A DNA stretch of 64,000 nucleotides. Origin: Dehalococcoidia bacterium (lineage in GTDB: Bacteria > Chloroflexota > Dehalococcoidia > DSTF01 > WHTK01). The notes below the pieces were generated by a model. It saw only the letters and a program-made list of their open reading frames with translations, did no database searches and was not told the DNA's origin. A program made the position numbers and the translations under genes. The stretch covers positions 448,819 to 512,818 of the forward strand of contig CBDCMQ010000003.1 in assembly GCA_965219205.1 (NCBI GenBank), read 5' to 3'. Shown piece by piece: positions 20,749-29,619 of this stretch (position 1 is its first letter; the number at the start of each line of letters is the position of its first letter).

Positions 20749-20972
20749 GCAACCGTGGCCGACTCAGCTTTCAACGCCGGCACGGTGGAAGCCAGGAGCG
20801 TGACCAGCCCCACCGCCATGGTTAACGTAATTAACAGTCTTTTTCTTATGTCTCGCGCGTTAGCTCTTGGGCTCATGAGTCACTCAGATCCGCGAGGTCT
20901 AGTGCAGCGCATTATCCACCAGAATTCGATTTAGGGGAAAGTCTTTGTACTCGTCCAGTAGATGCAGGACAC

Positions 20973-21998
20973 TTACCTCCTCTCGGTGAATGCTAGCAGC
21001 CACTCTTGCGGCGTTAGATGGCCAAGGGCCTGATCGGGCCGGTAAGTGTTGTAACGCTGCTCCTGTTGGAGCAGCTGGGTTCTCAGTTGGCTGAGCGAGT
21101 CGGGTGGGTCAACCAACTGGTAAAGCTCCTCTTTGTGGGTGCGCTGGGCTCGTTCCAGGCAGCCGTTGAGCTTGGGGGAGCGTGGTGGCAGCACAAAAAG
21201 CCGCAGCCCCTTCTGCTCACAGGCGGCCTCAAACTCGGCCCTGAACTCAGAGCCACCGTCCACCTGGATCGCCTTCACCGGACCCGGCATACGCTCGATG
21301 ATCGTATCGAGGAAGTCGCGCGCCGTGCCGGCGGTAGCGCGGCCTTAGACACCCAAGACGTCCCAGCGGCTGACAATATCACGCGCCGAGAAGTGCTTGT
21401 AGGCATGGGTAATACCGGTCCAGCGCACGTCGGCGCTGTCCACCTGAACCAGATCTCCCGGCGCCTTGACGACGTAGTCTTTGGGCTTACGCACGGCATA
21501 GGGCCGCACCTGAGGCCGAGAGACGATGCAAGGGTCCTTCAGACTCGCAGGCCCCAGTTTGCCTTGGCGTCTGAGCCGGCTGAGGATGCGGCCCACCATC
21601 GAGACCGAGATAGTGACCCCTTGGCGTCTGAGGATCGGCTGTAGCTTGTCTTTGCCCCAGACGGGATTGTCTTGGCGCAGGCGTAGCACCGCTGCTTCGA
21701 ACTCTAGGCTCCAAGTCGGCTTGCGGACCTGGTGTGGCCTATGGCTGCGGTCTTCCAGACCCCGCGGACCCTGGAGCCGGTAGCACTCTAGCCACTGCTA
21801 AAGGGTTGAGCGGCTGCGTCCAAAGCGTCTTGCCGTCAGACTCACCTTCTCGCCGTGATCCTTGTGCCACTCAACAGCCCTAAGGCGCGCCTTCGCCTCA
21901 CGTGATAGTCGTGGCTCCTCCCTGCCTTCCTGCGCTCCCTCTGGGAGGAGACGAGCCAGGGTTGGACCGCCTGGGATGATCGACCCGTACGTCTGCAT
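20973..21998 (-). pseudogene. IS481-family transposase with two in-frame nonsense codons
   Basis: The HTH region is LSREAKARL...SLTARRFGRSRSTL*QWLECYRLQGPRGLEDRSHRPH, with TAG at 21798-21800. The catalytic part is ...SRWDVLGV*GRATAGTARDFLDTIIERMPGPVKAIQVDGGSEF, with TAA at 21345-21347. All three ORF pieces are in one frame. Confidence 0.85.
21916..21946 (-). repeat. 31-bp segment inside the IS481 element that recurs at 48998-49028
   Basis: See 48998-49028. Mismatches flank it immediately on both sides. Confidence 0.95.
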
Positions 21999-22013
21999 TG
22001 GGACTCCGTATCG

Positions 22014-22430
22014 TCCCCGCCTTCTCATCACTGTCGTGTACGGCATCTTTCTGAACGAGATCAGTCTCAGCCGCGTTAAGGAGGAATACGACCGCACCGG
22101 CGACAACACACAGGCTGTGGCAAAGGGTCTGCAACACACGGGAAGAATCATTACCAGTGCCGCCTTGCTGTTCATCGTAGTGACCGGCGCCTTCGCCACG
22201 ACTGACATCGTCATAATCAAGTCGCTCGGCGTGGGTATGGCGATGCCATAGCCTTGGACGCCACGATCGTGCGGGCCCTGCTGGTCCCCGCCACTATGAG
22301 GCTCATGGGCCACTACAACTGGTGGGCACCTCGTCCCTTTAAGAGGGTGTCGGAGCGCTTCGGGCTCCGAGAGCTTGAAGGATCCGTCGCCCTCACGCTC
22401 GAATCCTCCGGTGCTGGCGGTCTCGGTTAG
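22014..22430 (+). pseudogene. 3' remnant of an MMPL/RND-superfamily transporter gene, truncated by the IS and carrying a 1-nt deletion
   Basis: ...SRVKEEYDRTGDNTQAVAKGLQHTGRIITSAALLFIVV...GVGMA | AIALDATIVRALLVPATMRLMGHYNWWAP. The frame change lies near 22240-22250. No 5' part of the gene is present on the other side of the IS. Confidence 0.7.
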
Positions 22431-22480
22431 GGAGCTGCTACAGCTACGCCAAATGCCGGCCGCAGCCTTTCGTTAAGCCG

Positions 22481-22530
22481 ATTCGCAAATGAGGCCGCCT
22501 CAGCCCAGGCGGTTGAGGTGGCCTGCGAAT
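22481..22530 (+). terminator. Nested hairpin downstream of the MMPL remnant, possibly its former terminator
   Basis: The outer stem pairs ATTCGCA (22481-22487) with TGCGAAT (22524-22530). The inner stem pairs CCGCCT with AGGCGG (22495-22512). TTTGAAATT follows. Confidence 0.25.
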
Positions 22531-22730
22531 TTGAAATTCCGGCAATGCGTGTGCCACGGCACCTGCCTCCTCTTGCCAGGCCATGGCGAACAGGCTGAGC
22601 CGTCTTGCGTGGTCAGCGGCAACCATGCCGCAACCTCGCCAAGAGGCCATCAGAACTGCCTGCATTGAATGAGCTATAGTTAGTCACCGCTCGGGCGGGG
22701 GTCGCACTGCCGTTCATTGCTGGGGGCTGC

Positions 22731-25079
22731 ATGTCTGAGTTTGCGAATTCACCGCGACCGGTTGAGCCATCCGCGACTCAGTCAGAGGCGCCCGATCTGC
22801 TCGATGACCGCGGTTTTGCCCGCGAACTCTCTGAGCTAGAAGCCAGTCCACGGGTCCGGCTGGAAACGATTGCCCGCAGCCACGAGGGCCGGCCGGTCAA
22901 GCTGATCATCATCGGCACGCCGGAGGCGCTGGCCGAGATGGAGCTGCACTCTCGGGTCACCGCGGAGCCCGAACTGCTGACTTCCGGCGCCCGTCTGCCG
23001 GTTTTGTTTACCGGCGACTCCTGGGGTCACGAGGCCTCTCAGGTTGAAGGACTGCTCAAGGCAGCGCGTACCCTGGCCTTCGACGAAAGCAACGAAGTCG
23101 ACCAGGCCCTGTCAAAAACGGTGGCTCTTTTTATCCCCTTGATAAATCCGGATGGCCGCGCGGCCGCCCTGCGGGAATGGCGGCAAACTCCGCTTTCGAA
23201 TGGTGACATGGGCGCCGGCAATGCCTTTGGTTTCTACCTCAACCGCGATTTCATCCACGGCACCCAGCCGGAGGCCCGCGGCGTTATCGAAACGGTGATG
23301 CGATGGCGCCCTGTCGCGGTCGTCGACTTGCACGAGGATATGTTCAATCTCGGTACAAGGTTAGAAGAGGTCTGTTTTGTGGAGCCCTTCGCTCAAGGTT
23401 TTGACGTCGAGGAGCATCCCATGACCCGGGCGGCGATAGTTGACCTGGGCAAAGCAATTGCCGGGCGCTGGCGTCAGCACGGATTCAAGACTGCGTTCGA
23501 CGAGGAGGGCGATAACAGCTTCGCCCCGATGCCCGAACCGGGCAAGGGTCTGAATCCGGTAGCGAGCTCTGCCGGACGGCTGCCACTTCTGGCGACATTG
23601 CATGGAATCCCCGGCTTTATCACCGAAAGCGCCCGCACACCGGGCTCTCAGAGCTGGCAGGACCGGGTTGAACAAAAGTCTGACGCGGCGATGGCCACTC
23701 TCGTAGAAGTCTCAGCGCAGCCGGAAAATTTCCTCAACGCCGTCTACAATCGCCGGCTGGCGGAGATTGCTGAGGCCAGCGATCGATTTGTTGTAATCCC
23801 GGAAAAAGATCAGCCACACGATGGCCTGGTTTCACTGCTCGACCTTTTGGAGCTTCACGGAGTCGAGGTGCATCGTGTGGCTTCACCAAGCCCCGCATTT
23901 ATTGTTCGACTGGCGCAACCTGAGTCACGCATCGCCCAGCACTTGCTGTTGGGTGAGCAGTCAAAACTCAATGAGGCGCCGCCGGCCCTTGGCGTGCGGG
24001 TCCTCTCCTCCGACTCGCTTTCGGAGAGCGACCGCCAATCCTTTAGCGAGGCGCCCGTGGAGCCGCCGGTCTTAACACCGGCGGAGTTGCCGATGGCTAC
24101 AGAGGATCAGAATGCCTACGTTACTTCTATCACGGTGGGTTCGACGGCCCTGGTGAATCAACTTCTTACCGCCGGCATGGCCCGTGTGAGCGTCCAGAAG
24201 GGGCGGTTTCACTTCTCTGGAGGCGGTCCGGCAATTCGTTGGGCGGCCGCACGTCTCGGGGTTCCGCTCGAAGTCGCGCCGCCGGCCTCTGAATCGGGGG
24301 AAGGTGGGGAAGCCGCGCTTCGGCTGCCTCGTGTCGCCCTCTATGCCGGTCAGGGTATTCCGCATTACGAATCGGCCGAAATCGCCTGGGCGCTGGAGCA
24401 AGGCGGCTTCCCTGACCGAAGGTTTGAGGCAACTGACTTCGCACGGGCTGATTGTCTGGCTGATGTCGATGTTCTGGTCGTTCCCAACGGCTCAGCGGCT
24501 GAGATCGTCGATGGCTGGAACCCGCAGGCTCCAAATCGCAGGGCACCCTGGGAGATGCACCGGCCGTCAGAGGGCGTTGGCCAGCCAGGGCTCGAGGCGA
24601 TTCGGCGATTCGTAAAAGCTGGCGGAACCTACGTCGGAATAGGTGGTGGAGGCGCCCTTCTCGCGGGTAAGGATCACCTGCGAATTGCTCAGGCGGAGAT
24701 GGTGCCGGCTGAGGTGGGCCTGGGCCAGGTCAGGCTAAAAATCGTGCGGCCGGATTCGCCTCTTGCGGTCGGCTACCGAGCCGATCAGCCGCTGCCAGCT
24801 TTCTTCACCGCGCCACCCGGTTCACCGGAAGGTGGCTACGCCTTCCGGAATGACGAAGATGCGGTTGCCAACTACGACGGCGTGCGAGCGCTCGAAGAGG
24901 AGCTTTCCTTCGTCAAAACAGAGCCGCTATCGGAGGCTGCCGGAAACGCGGCCATCGTTCACCAGACATTCGGCAATGGTCAGGTTGTGCTATTCGGAAT
25001 CGCGCCCGCGTTCCGAGCCCAGTGGCGCTCCACGTTTGGTCTTTTGTATAACGCGCTCTATCTTCGATCTGAGGCATGA
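22731..25079 (+). CDS. Large M14-family (zinc carboxypeptidase-like) protein with a C-terminal extension
   Basis: The N-terminal half shows M14-like features: SHEGRPVKLIIIG, GDSWGHEASQ, LINPDGR, YLNRDF, VVDLHED. The C-terminal part (VLVVPNGSA...GGTYVGIGGGGALL) resembles a class I amidotransferase-like fold, though this assignment is weak. Confidence 0.7.
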   Translation: MSEFANSPRPVEPSATQSEAPDLLDDRGFARELSELEASPRVRLETIARSHEGRPVKLIIIGTPEALAEMELHSRVTAEPELLTSGARLPVLFTGDSWGHEASQVEGLLKAARTLAFDESNEVDQALSKTVALFIPLINPDGRAAALREWRQTPLSNGDMGAGNAFGFYLNRDFIHGTQPEARGVIETVMRWRPVAVVDLHEDMFNLGTRLEEVCFVEPFAQGFDVEEHPMTRAAIVDLGKAIAGRWRQHGFKTAFDEEGDNSFAPMPEPGKGLNPVASSAGRLPLLATLHGIPGFITESARTPGSQSWQDRVEQKSDAAMATLVEVSAQPENFLNAVYNRRLAEIAEASDRFVVIPEKDQPHDGLVSLLDLLELHGVEVHRVASPSPAFIVRLAQPESRIAQHLLLGEQSKLNEAPPALGVRVLSSDSLSESDRQSFSEAPVEPPVLTPAELPMATEDQNAYVTSITVGSTALVNQLLTAGMARVSVQKGRFHFSGGGPAIRWAAARLGVPLEVAPPASESGEGGEAALRLPRVALYAGQGIPHYESAEIAWALEQGGFPDRRFEATDFARADCLADVDVLVVPNGSAAEIVDGWNPQAPNRRAPWEMHRPSEGVGQPGLEAIRRFVKAGGTYVGIGGGGALLAGKDHLRIAQAEMVPAEVGLGQVRLKIVRPDSPLAVGYRADQPLPAFFTAPPGSPEGGYAFRNDEDAVANYDGVRALEEELSFVKTEPLSEAAGNAAIVHQTFGNGQVVLFGIAPAFRAQWRSTFGLLYNALYLRSEA

Positions 25080-25098
25080 CGCCAGCGGAGGGACAACA

Positions 25099-25776
25099 AT
25101 GAACACACGTATCGGGCTCCTCGTGCCGTCGACCAACACCGTGGCCGAACCTGATTTTTATCGTAGTCTGCTCGCCTCGGCGACCGTCCACACCGGCCGA
25201 ATGTATCTGCGGGAGACCACGGTCGAAGCGGAAGAAGAGATGTTGGACGAGTACACGATTCCAGAAGCTAGACTCCTGGCTACGGCTGAGCCCGACTTCG
25301 TCGTTTTCTCGTGCACGACGGCTGGCGCCCTGCGTGGCAACGCCTATGATGCCGACCTGTGTTTGCGGATCACCGAGGTCACGGGTGCACCGACGATTAG
25401 CACAATAAAGTCAGTCCAGAACCAGCTGAGAAATGGACCCGGCACCAGGGTGGCGGTGCTCACGCCCTACGTTCATGAGCTAAACCAACGGATAAAGGCC
25501 AGTCTGGAGGACGATGGCCTGGAGGTAGTCTCTATGCACGGGTTGGGTCTGACACACAATCCCGACATCGCGGCGGTCTCACCGTCAGAGATCGTCGAAT
25601 TTGCCCGGCGCAGCCTCGGTGACCAGCTCGACGCCGATTCTCTGTTCGTGTCCTGCACCAACTTCCAGGCGGTCTCGGCGCTGCCGATGCTGCAGCAGAT
25701 CTACGGGCCCTCCGTCGTAACCAGCAACCAGGCGACGCTTGAAGCGCTGGAAAGCGTGCTCCGCTCCAGTAGCTAA
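25099..25776 (+). CDS. Asp/Glu/hydantoin racemase superfamily protein (maleate isomerase / arylmalonate decarboxylase-like)
   Basis: RIGLLVPSTNTVAEPDF, VVFSCTTAG and LFVSCTNF are present. The start is placed at MNTRIG (ATG 25099). Confidence 0.7.
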   Translation: MNTRIGLLVPSTNTVAEPDFYRSLLASATVHTGRMYLRETTVEAEEEMLDEYTIPEARLLATAEPDFVVFSCTTAGALRGNAYDADLCLRITEVTGAPTISTIKSVQNQLRNGPGTRVAVLTPYVHELNQRIKASLEDDGLEVVSMHGLGLTHNPDIAAVSPSEIVEFARRSLGDQLDADSLFVSCTNFQAVSALPMLQQIYGPSVVTSNQATLEALESVLRSSS

Positions 25777-25791
25777 AATGGGCCGCACCAC

Positions 25792-26607
25792 CTAACGCAG
25801 CGGCTCGGAATCTAGGCGTGCCACAACGTCGGCTAACTCGCCCGAGGCCGCCGGGTAGCGTTCCAGGACCAAAGGATCGTGGCCGGGAATGATGTGGTCA
25901 GGTGATTCTGCCAGCTCATGAAGCCTCCGAAAGCCATCCTGAACTTGAGCGGCGTCGTAGGTGATGGCGAAGGGACGGCCTGTTTCGATGTTCTCGTAGT
26001 AATGAGTTGTGTCGGAAGCGAGAACCAGATAGCCGCGGGCTGTGTTCACTCGCAGGACCTGGATGCCAGGAGTATGGCCGCCAATCAGATGGACGCTTAT
26101 GCCGGGTGCAGGTTGCCAGTCACCTTCGTAAAGCCGGACACGGTCTGCATATAAGCCTTCCACGATATTTACCACATCGCCAACCTCGAACGAGCCGCTG
26201 GCGTTGGTTGCGAACAGCTCGCTGCTGGTTACCCAGCGTAGCTCTTGCTCCTGGAGGTGAAACCTGGCGTTTGGCAGGTCAGCTAGGGTGCCGGCGTGGT
26301 CGTAGTGTAGGTGGGTCAGGACGACGTCGTCGATTCGATCTGGATCGACGTCCAGGAGCCGCAGACTGGCGACGGGCCGGCGCAAGAAGGTTCTCCCGTG
26401 TCTTGTTCCGACCGGCTCACTAAAACCAGTATCGACCACGATCGTGCGGGAGGCGTTTCGAACAACCCAAACGAAGTAGTCCATCGGCATCGGTGCGTCA
26501 GGATCGGAAACGGCGGCCTTGTCGAGAAAATGATCGGCGCGCTTCGCCGCGCGGCTCGCGTATTTCAGGGCGAAGACTTCGTAGCTCTCGGTCATGGTGA
26601 TACCCAT
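25792..26607 (-). CDS. MBL-fold metallo-hydrolase (lactonase-like)
   Basis: The THLHYDHAG motif is present, and the length is 271 aa. Confidence 0.8.
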   Translation of the reverse strand: MGITMTESYEVFALKYASRAAKRADHFLDKAAVSDPDAPMPMDYFVWVVRNASRTIVVDTGFSEPVGTRHGRTFLRRPVASLRLLDVDPDRIDDVVLTHLHYDHAGTLADLPNARFHLQEQELRWVTSSELFATNASGSFEVGDVVNIVEGLYADRVRLYEGDWQPAPGISVHLIGGHTPGIQVLRVNTARGYLVLASDTTHYYENIETGRPFAITYDAAQVQDGFRRLHELAESPDHIIPGHDPLVLERYPAASGELADVVARLDSEPLR

Positions 26608-26714
26608 TTTTTGAAATACCCTGAATGGCCGTGGGCCTTCAGGGGAGCATCGGCGGCGTTATGTTGCTTGTTGATCTGATTTGAGAAACCGGCAATGATG
26701 GTCGGTCGTCTTGT

Positions 26715-27710
26715 CTAACCTCCATCGCCTCGCTTGAAGGCTGCCTCGATTTCCGCGGGCGAAACCTCGATTTGGACACCGGCGCGCTCTTCCTGCAGAA
26801 GCATCGCCACGCGCGCGTCCATGCCTCCCCAGCCGCGATTCAGCGCCTCGGTCAGCTCCTCCAGTGCCAGGTTGGAGAGACGCATCGGGACGTTCATCTC
26901 CTTACCCAGCTCGGTCGCTAGCTTCATGTCCTTGTGCGCCAGTTTCAGCTGGAACGATGCGGGTTCGAAGCTGTTGGTCAAGAACTCCCCAGCCAAACGA
27001 TCGAAGGTTCGCCGACGACCGTTAGCGCCCTGACGGACCGCTTCCCAGAGGGGCAGGGCTGGCACGCCTGCTTTAACCCCCATCGTGAAGACCTCCGCCA
27101 GCGCCGTCTGGATAGCGTAGCCGGCGCAGTTGTGCACCAGCTTGGCGACGGAGCCGGCGCCGATGGCGCCGATGTAAGCAACCTGATCGCCCAAACAGTC
27201 CAACACTTCTTTTTGGCGATCAAAGGTGTCCTGGTTGCCGCCTACCCAAATCGCCAGCTTGCCGCTGCTGGCACCGCTGGGCCCGCCGCTAACCGGTGCG
27301 TCCAACACGTCGATACCCTTGGCAGCGAACTGGGTGTTCAACGTGCGCATCAAGGTTGGCGAGTTCGTCGACAGGTCGAACCAGGCCGAGCCAGGCTTCA
27401 TGCCCTCCAGCAAGCCGTTTACACCCAAAGCCACCTCCTGAACCTCCGCTGGTCCCGGCAGCGAGGTGAAGACAACATCGCATTTTGCACCCACGGCTCG
27501 CGGGGAATCTGCCCAGGCACAGCCGGACTCGATAAGTTGTTCGACCGCTTGCCGGTTGATGTCATGGACGACCATCTCCTGGCCGACCTTGCGGACATTT
27601 AGAGCCATGGCGCCACCCATGGTTCCAAGCCCGATGAATCCTACTGTCACTGTGTTCACCTCGTATGGGTAGTTGTTGAGAGTTACTGCTGAGAGTACGC
27701 CGTGTGGCAC
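26715..27710 (-). CDS. NAD(P)-dependent oxidoreductase, 3-hydroxyisobutyrate dehydrogenase family
   Basis: VGFIGLGTMGGAMALN is present. The true start is probably a GTG near 27650-27659 rather than 27710. Confidence 0.8.
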   Translation of the reverse strand: MPHGVLSAVTLNNYPYEVNTVTVGFIGLGTMGGAMALNVRKVGQEMVVHDINRQAVEQLIESGCAWADSPRAVGAKCDVVFTSLPGPAEVQEVALGVNGLLEGMKPGSAWFDLSTNSPTLMRTLNTQFAAKGIDVLDAPVSGGPSGASSGKLAIWVGGNQDTFDRQKEVLDCLGDQVAYIGAIGAGSVAKLVHNCAGYAIQTALAEVFTMGVKAGVPALPLWEAVRQGANGRRRTFDRLAGEFLTNSFEPASFQLKLAHKDMKLATELGKEMNVPMRLSNLALEELTEALNRGWGGMDARVAMLLQEERAGVQIEVSPAEIEAAFKRGDGG

Positions 27711-27828
27711 GGCGCTGCCAAGCTAGACGCCATTTGCCCGAAGATAGCGCACCAAGAGCGACCGAATTATATTTGAGACGCTGCCGCAAATTTGACAACC
27801 GAGCATTGAACCAGGAGAGGAGCTCTGT

Positions 27829-28617
27829 GTGGACCTGGGATTGAAAGGCAGACCGGCGATCGTCACGGGAGGGAGCCGGGGCATCGGCAGGTCGGCCGCC
27901 CGCGCGCTAGCCCGCGAAGGCTGCGACGTGGCGATTTGTGCTCGTAACAGGCTGCCGCTGGAGGAAGCCGCCGCGGAAATTGCCGCCGAAAGCGGACGGA
28001 GAGTGCTGCCCGTAGTTTGTGACACGATGGATGGCGAAGCGATCGCCGATTTCGTCGCTCACGCGGCGGCAGAGTTTGGCGGGGTCCAGATCCTGGTCAA
28101 CAACGTGGCCTTTACGATCGGCGCGCCAGGAACCTTTGAGGACGTTGTCGATAGCGAAATCTTGAGGGACTTCGACGAAAAGGTTCTTGGCTACCTACGC
28201 TGCGCCCAGACGGCCGCGTCGCACATGAAAACCGCGGGTTGGGGCCGAATCGTCAACGTAAGCGGTGTTACCGGCCGCACACCGAGCGCGCTGGTCAGCG
28301 CCGGCCTGCGCAACATCGCCGTCGTCAACCTCTCGAAATCGATGGCTGACCGCCTGGGTCCGTTTGGCGTCACGGTGAATGTTGTCTATTCGGGAACGAC
28401 GATCACTGAAACGTATCGGGCGGCTCACCAGGAGCAAGAAGGCAGGACGGCTGATGAAGTTCTAGCGGACTTGGCCGAAACAATGCCGGCAAAGCATGTT
28501 GCCACGGCCGAGGAAGTCGCCAATGTTATTGCTTTTCTCTGCTCGCCCGTGGCGGTCGGGATCACAGGCGCGGCAATTGAAGTCAGCGGCAACCCCAGCC
28601 ACGATGTTCACCTTTGA
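27829..28617 (+). CDS. SDR family oxidoreductase
   Basis: AIVTGGSRGIGRSAARAL is present. It uses a GTG start after GGAGAGG. It is a paralog of 61400-62197. Confidence 0.9.
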   Translation: MDLGLKGRPAIVTGGSRGIGRSAARALAREGCDVAICARNRLPLEEAAAEIAAESGRRVLPVVCDTMDGEAIADFVAHAAAEFGGVQILVNNVAFTIGAPGTFEDVVDSEILRDFDEKVLGYLRCAQTAASHMKTAGWGRIVNVSGVTGRTPSALVSAGLRNIAVVNLSKSMADRLGPFGVTVNVVYSGTTITETYRAAHQEQEGRTADEVLADLAETMPAKHVATAEEVANVIAFLCSPVAVGITGAAIEVSGNPSHDVHL

Positions 28618-28654
28618 AAGATGTTCACCTTTAGAGGAGATTTATCTCTAGGCT

Positions 28655-29551
28655 CTAGATGGAGGCCAGCCCTACGTTTTCCACGAGACGGTGGAATTCC
28701 GCTTTGGTCTCGTCGGTGATCATCGGTCCTGGGTGTCGCACTTTCGGGTTCTCGATCAGCCCGCGGCTGTGCAGGGCGTACTTTCGCACCGAAACGCCGA
28801 TGCCTTCCTGGAATTCGAACAAGAGCAATGGCAAACAGCGCTTGAAAACCTCCTCCGCCTTGGCCTGGTCGCCTTCGGCCATGCCCTGACAGATTTCGAC
28901 GAGGACCTCGGGGTAGGCGAAGCCGGTCATGGCGCCGGCCGATCCTCGCGTTAGCTCCTCCAATAAAAAGACACCACCCAGGCCACCGAAGATCGGCATC
29001 TCATCCCCCACCAGCTTGCGGATGGCTGAGATTTTCGGCGGGGTCGGCGGGTCTTCCAGTTTGAGGTATTGAGCGGCGGGGATGCCGTTAGCCAGCCTGG
29101 CGATGAAGTCGACTGACATGTGGACTCCCGAAGTGGTGGGGTAGTCCTGTACAACTATCGGAATGTCGATTGCTTCGGCCAGCCTTGAGTAGTGGGCAAA
29201 AACTGCGTCCGGATTGGGCTTACCCATCGGCGGCGGCGAAACCATTACCGCGGCCGCTCCCAATTCCTCGGCACCTTTGCTGCGGTGGATGGCCGCGGCA
29301 GTGCTGGCCGAGGTGGTGCCCACGGTGACCGGGGAGCCGTTCGCGTTCTTGATCACCGTTTCCGCCACCTGATGGCGCTCGCGGTCGGTCAATCTCGCCG
29401 CCTCGCCGGTGACGCCCAGGCAGACCACGCCCTGGCAGCCCGTCGAGATCGCCTTTTCCACCAGTTTGGCCTGCGATGCCAGGTCGAGGGTCTCATCCTC
29501 ATTAAACGGCGTGGCCAGCATCCAGTGGACACCAGAAAACTTTTCAGCCAT
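28655..29551 (-). CDS. Dihydrodipicolinate synthase (DapA/NAL) family lyase
   Basis: A 298-aa ORF with the typical pattern GVVCLGVTGEAARLT... Confidence 0.8.
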   Translation of the reverse strand: MAEKFSGVHWMLATPFNEDETLDLASQAKLVEKAISTGCQGVVCLGVTGEAARLTDRERHQVAETVIKNANGSPVTVGTTSASTAAAIHRSKGAEELGAAAVMVSPPPMGKPNPDAVFAHYSRLAEAIDIPIVVQDYPTTSGVHMSVDFIARLANGIPAAQYLKLEDPPTPPKISAIRKLVGDEMPIFGGLGGVFLLEELTRGSAGAMTGFAYPEVLVEICQGMAEGDQAKAEEVFKRCLPLLLFEFQEGIGVSVRKYALHSRGLIENPKVRHPGPMITDETKAEFHRLVENVGLASI

Positions 29552-29619
29552 GGAGAATCTCCAATCTCTAATTAGCCGGTGACAGTCCGGTCGCGCATCT
29601 CAAAGAATCAGTAGGAAAC

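Larger units (their letters stand above)
18398..20876 (-). pseudogene. Secreted, membrane-anchored metallophosphoesterase flanked by two copies of an uncharacterised ~170-aa module. It forms a single gene once a C5 frameshift is corrected.
   Basis: The signal peptide is MSPRANARDIRKRLLITLTMAVGLVTLLASTVPALKA. Calcineurin-like motifs are present: FAVIGDYG, GDNNY, GNHD, GGHDHVYER. Thr/Pro-rich linkers separate the parts. ORFs 19074-20876 and 18398-19123 join at the G5 run 19195-19199 (a C5 run on the coding strand): ...TATATLP|LTATSSPTATPTLPLTATSTPTPT... The C-terminus is a TM helix followed by a basic tail. Confidence 0.75.
20947..22013 (-). mobile_element. IS481-family insertion sequence (about 1.07 kb). 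The end positions are approximate.
   Basis: It contains a single DDE/rve transposase gene. Imperfect terminal inverted repeats are proposed at 20947-20970 and 21987-22013 (GTCC..ATGCAG..AC core). Homology to the flanking MMPL gene starts right after 22013. Confidence 0.6.

Noticed and set aside
22444-22665. ORF 22444-22665 (minus strand, 73 aa) and ORF 50237-50470 (minus strand, 77 aa) lie in otherwise non-coding spacers.
   Set aside because: Neither has a recognisable motif or RBS. One lies over a hairpin-rich spacer, and the other is antisense to the amidohydrolase 3' remnant.
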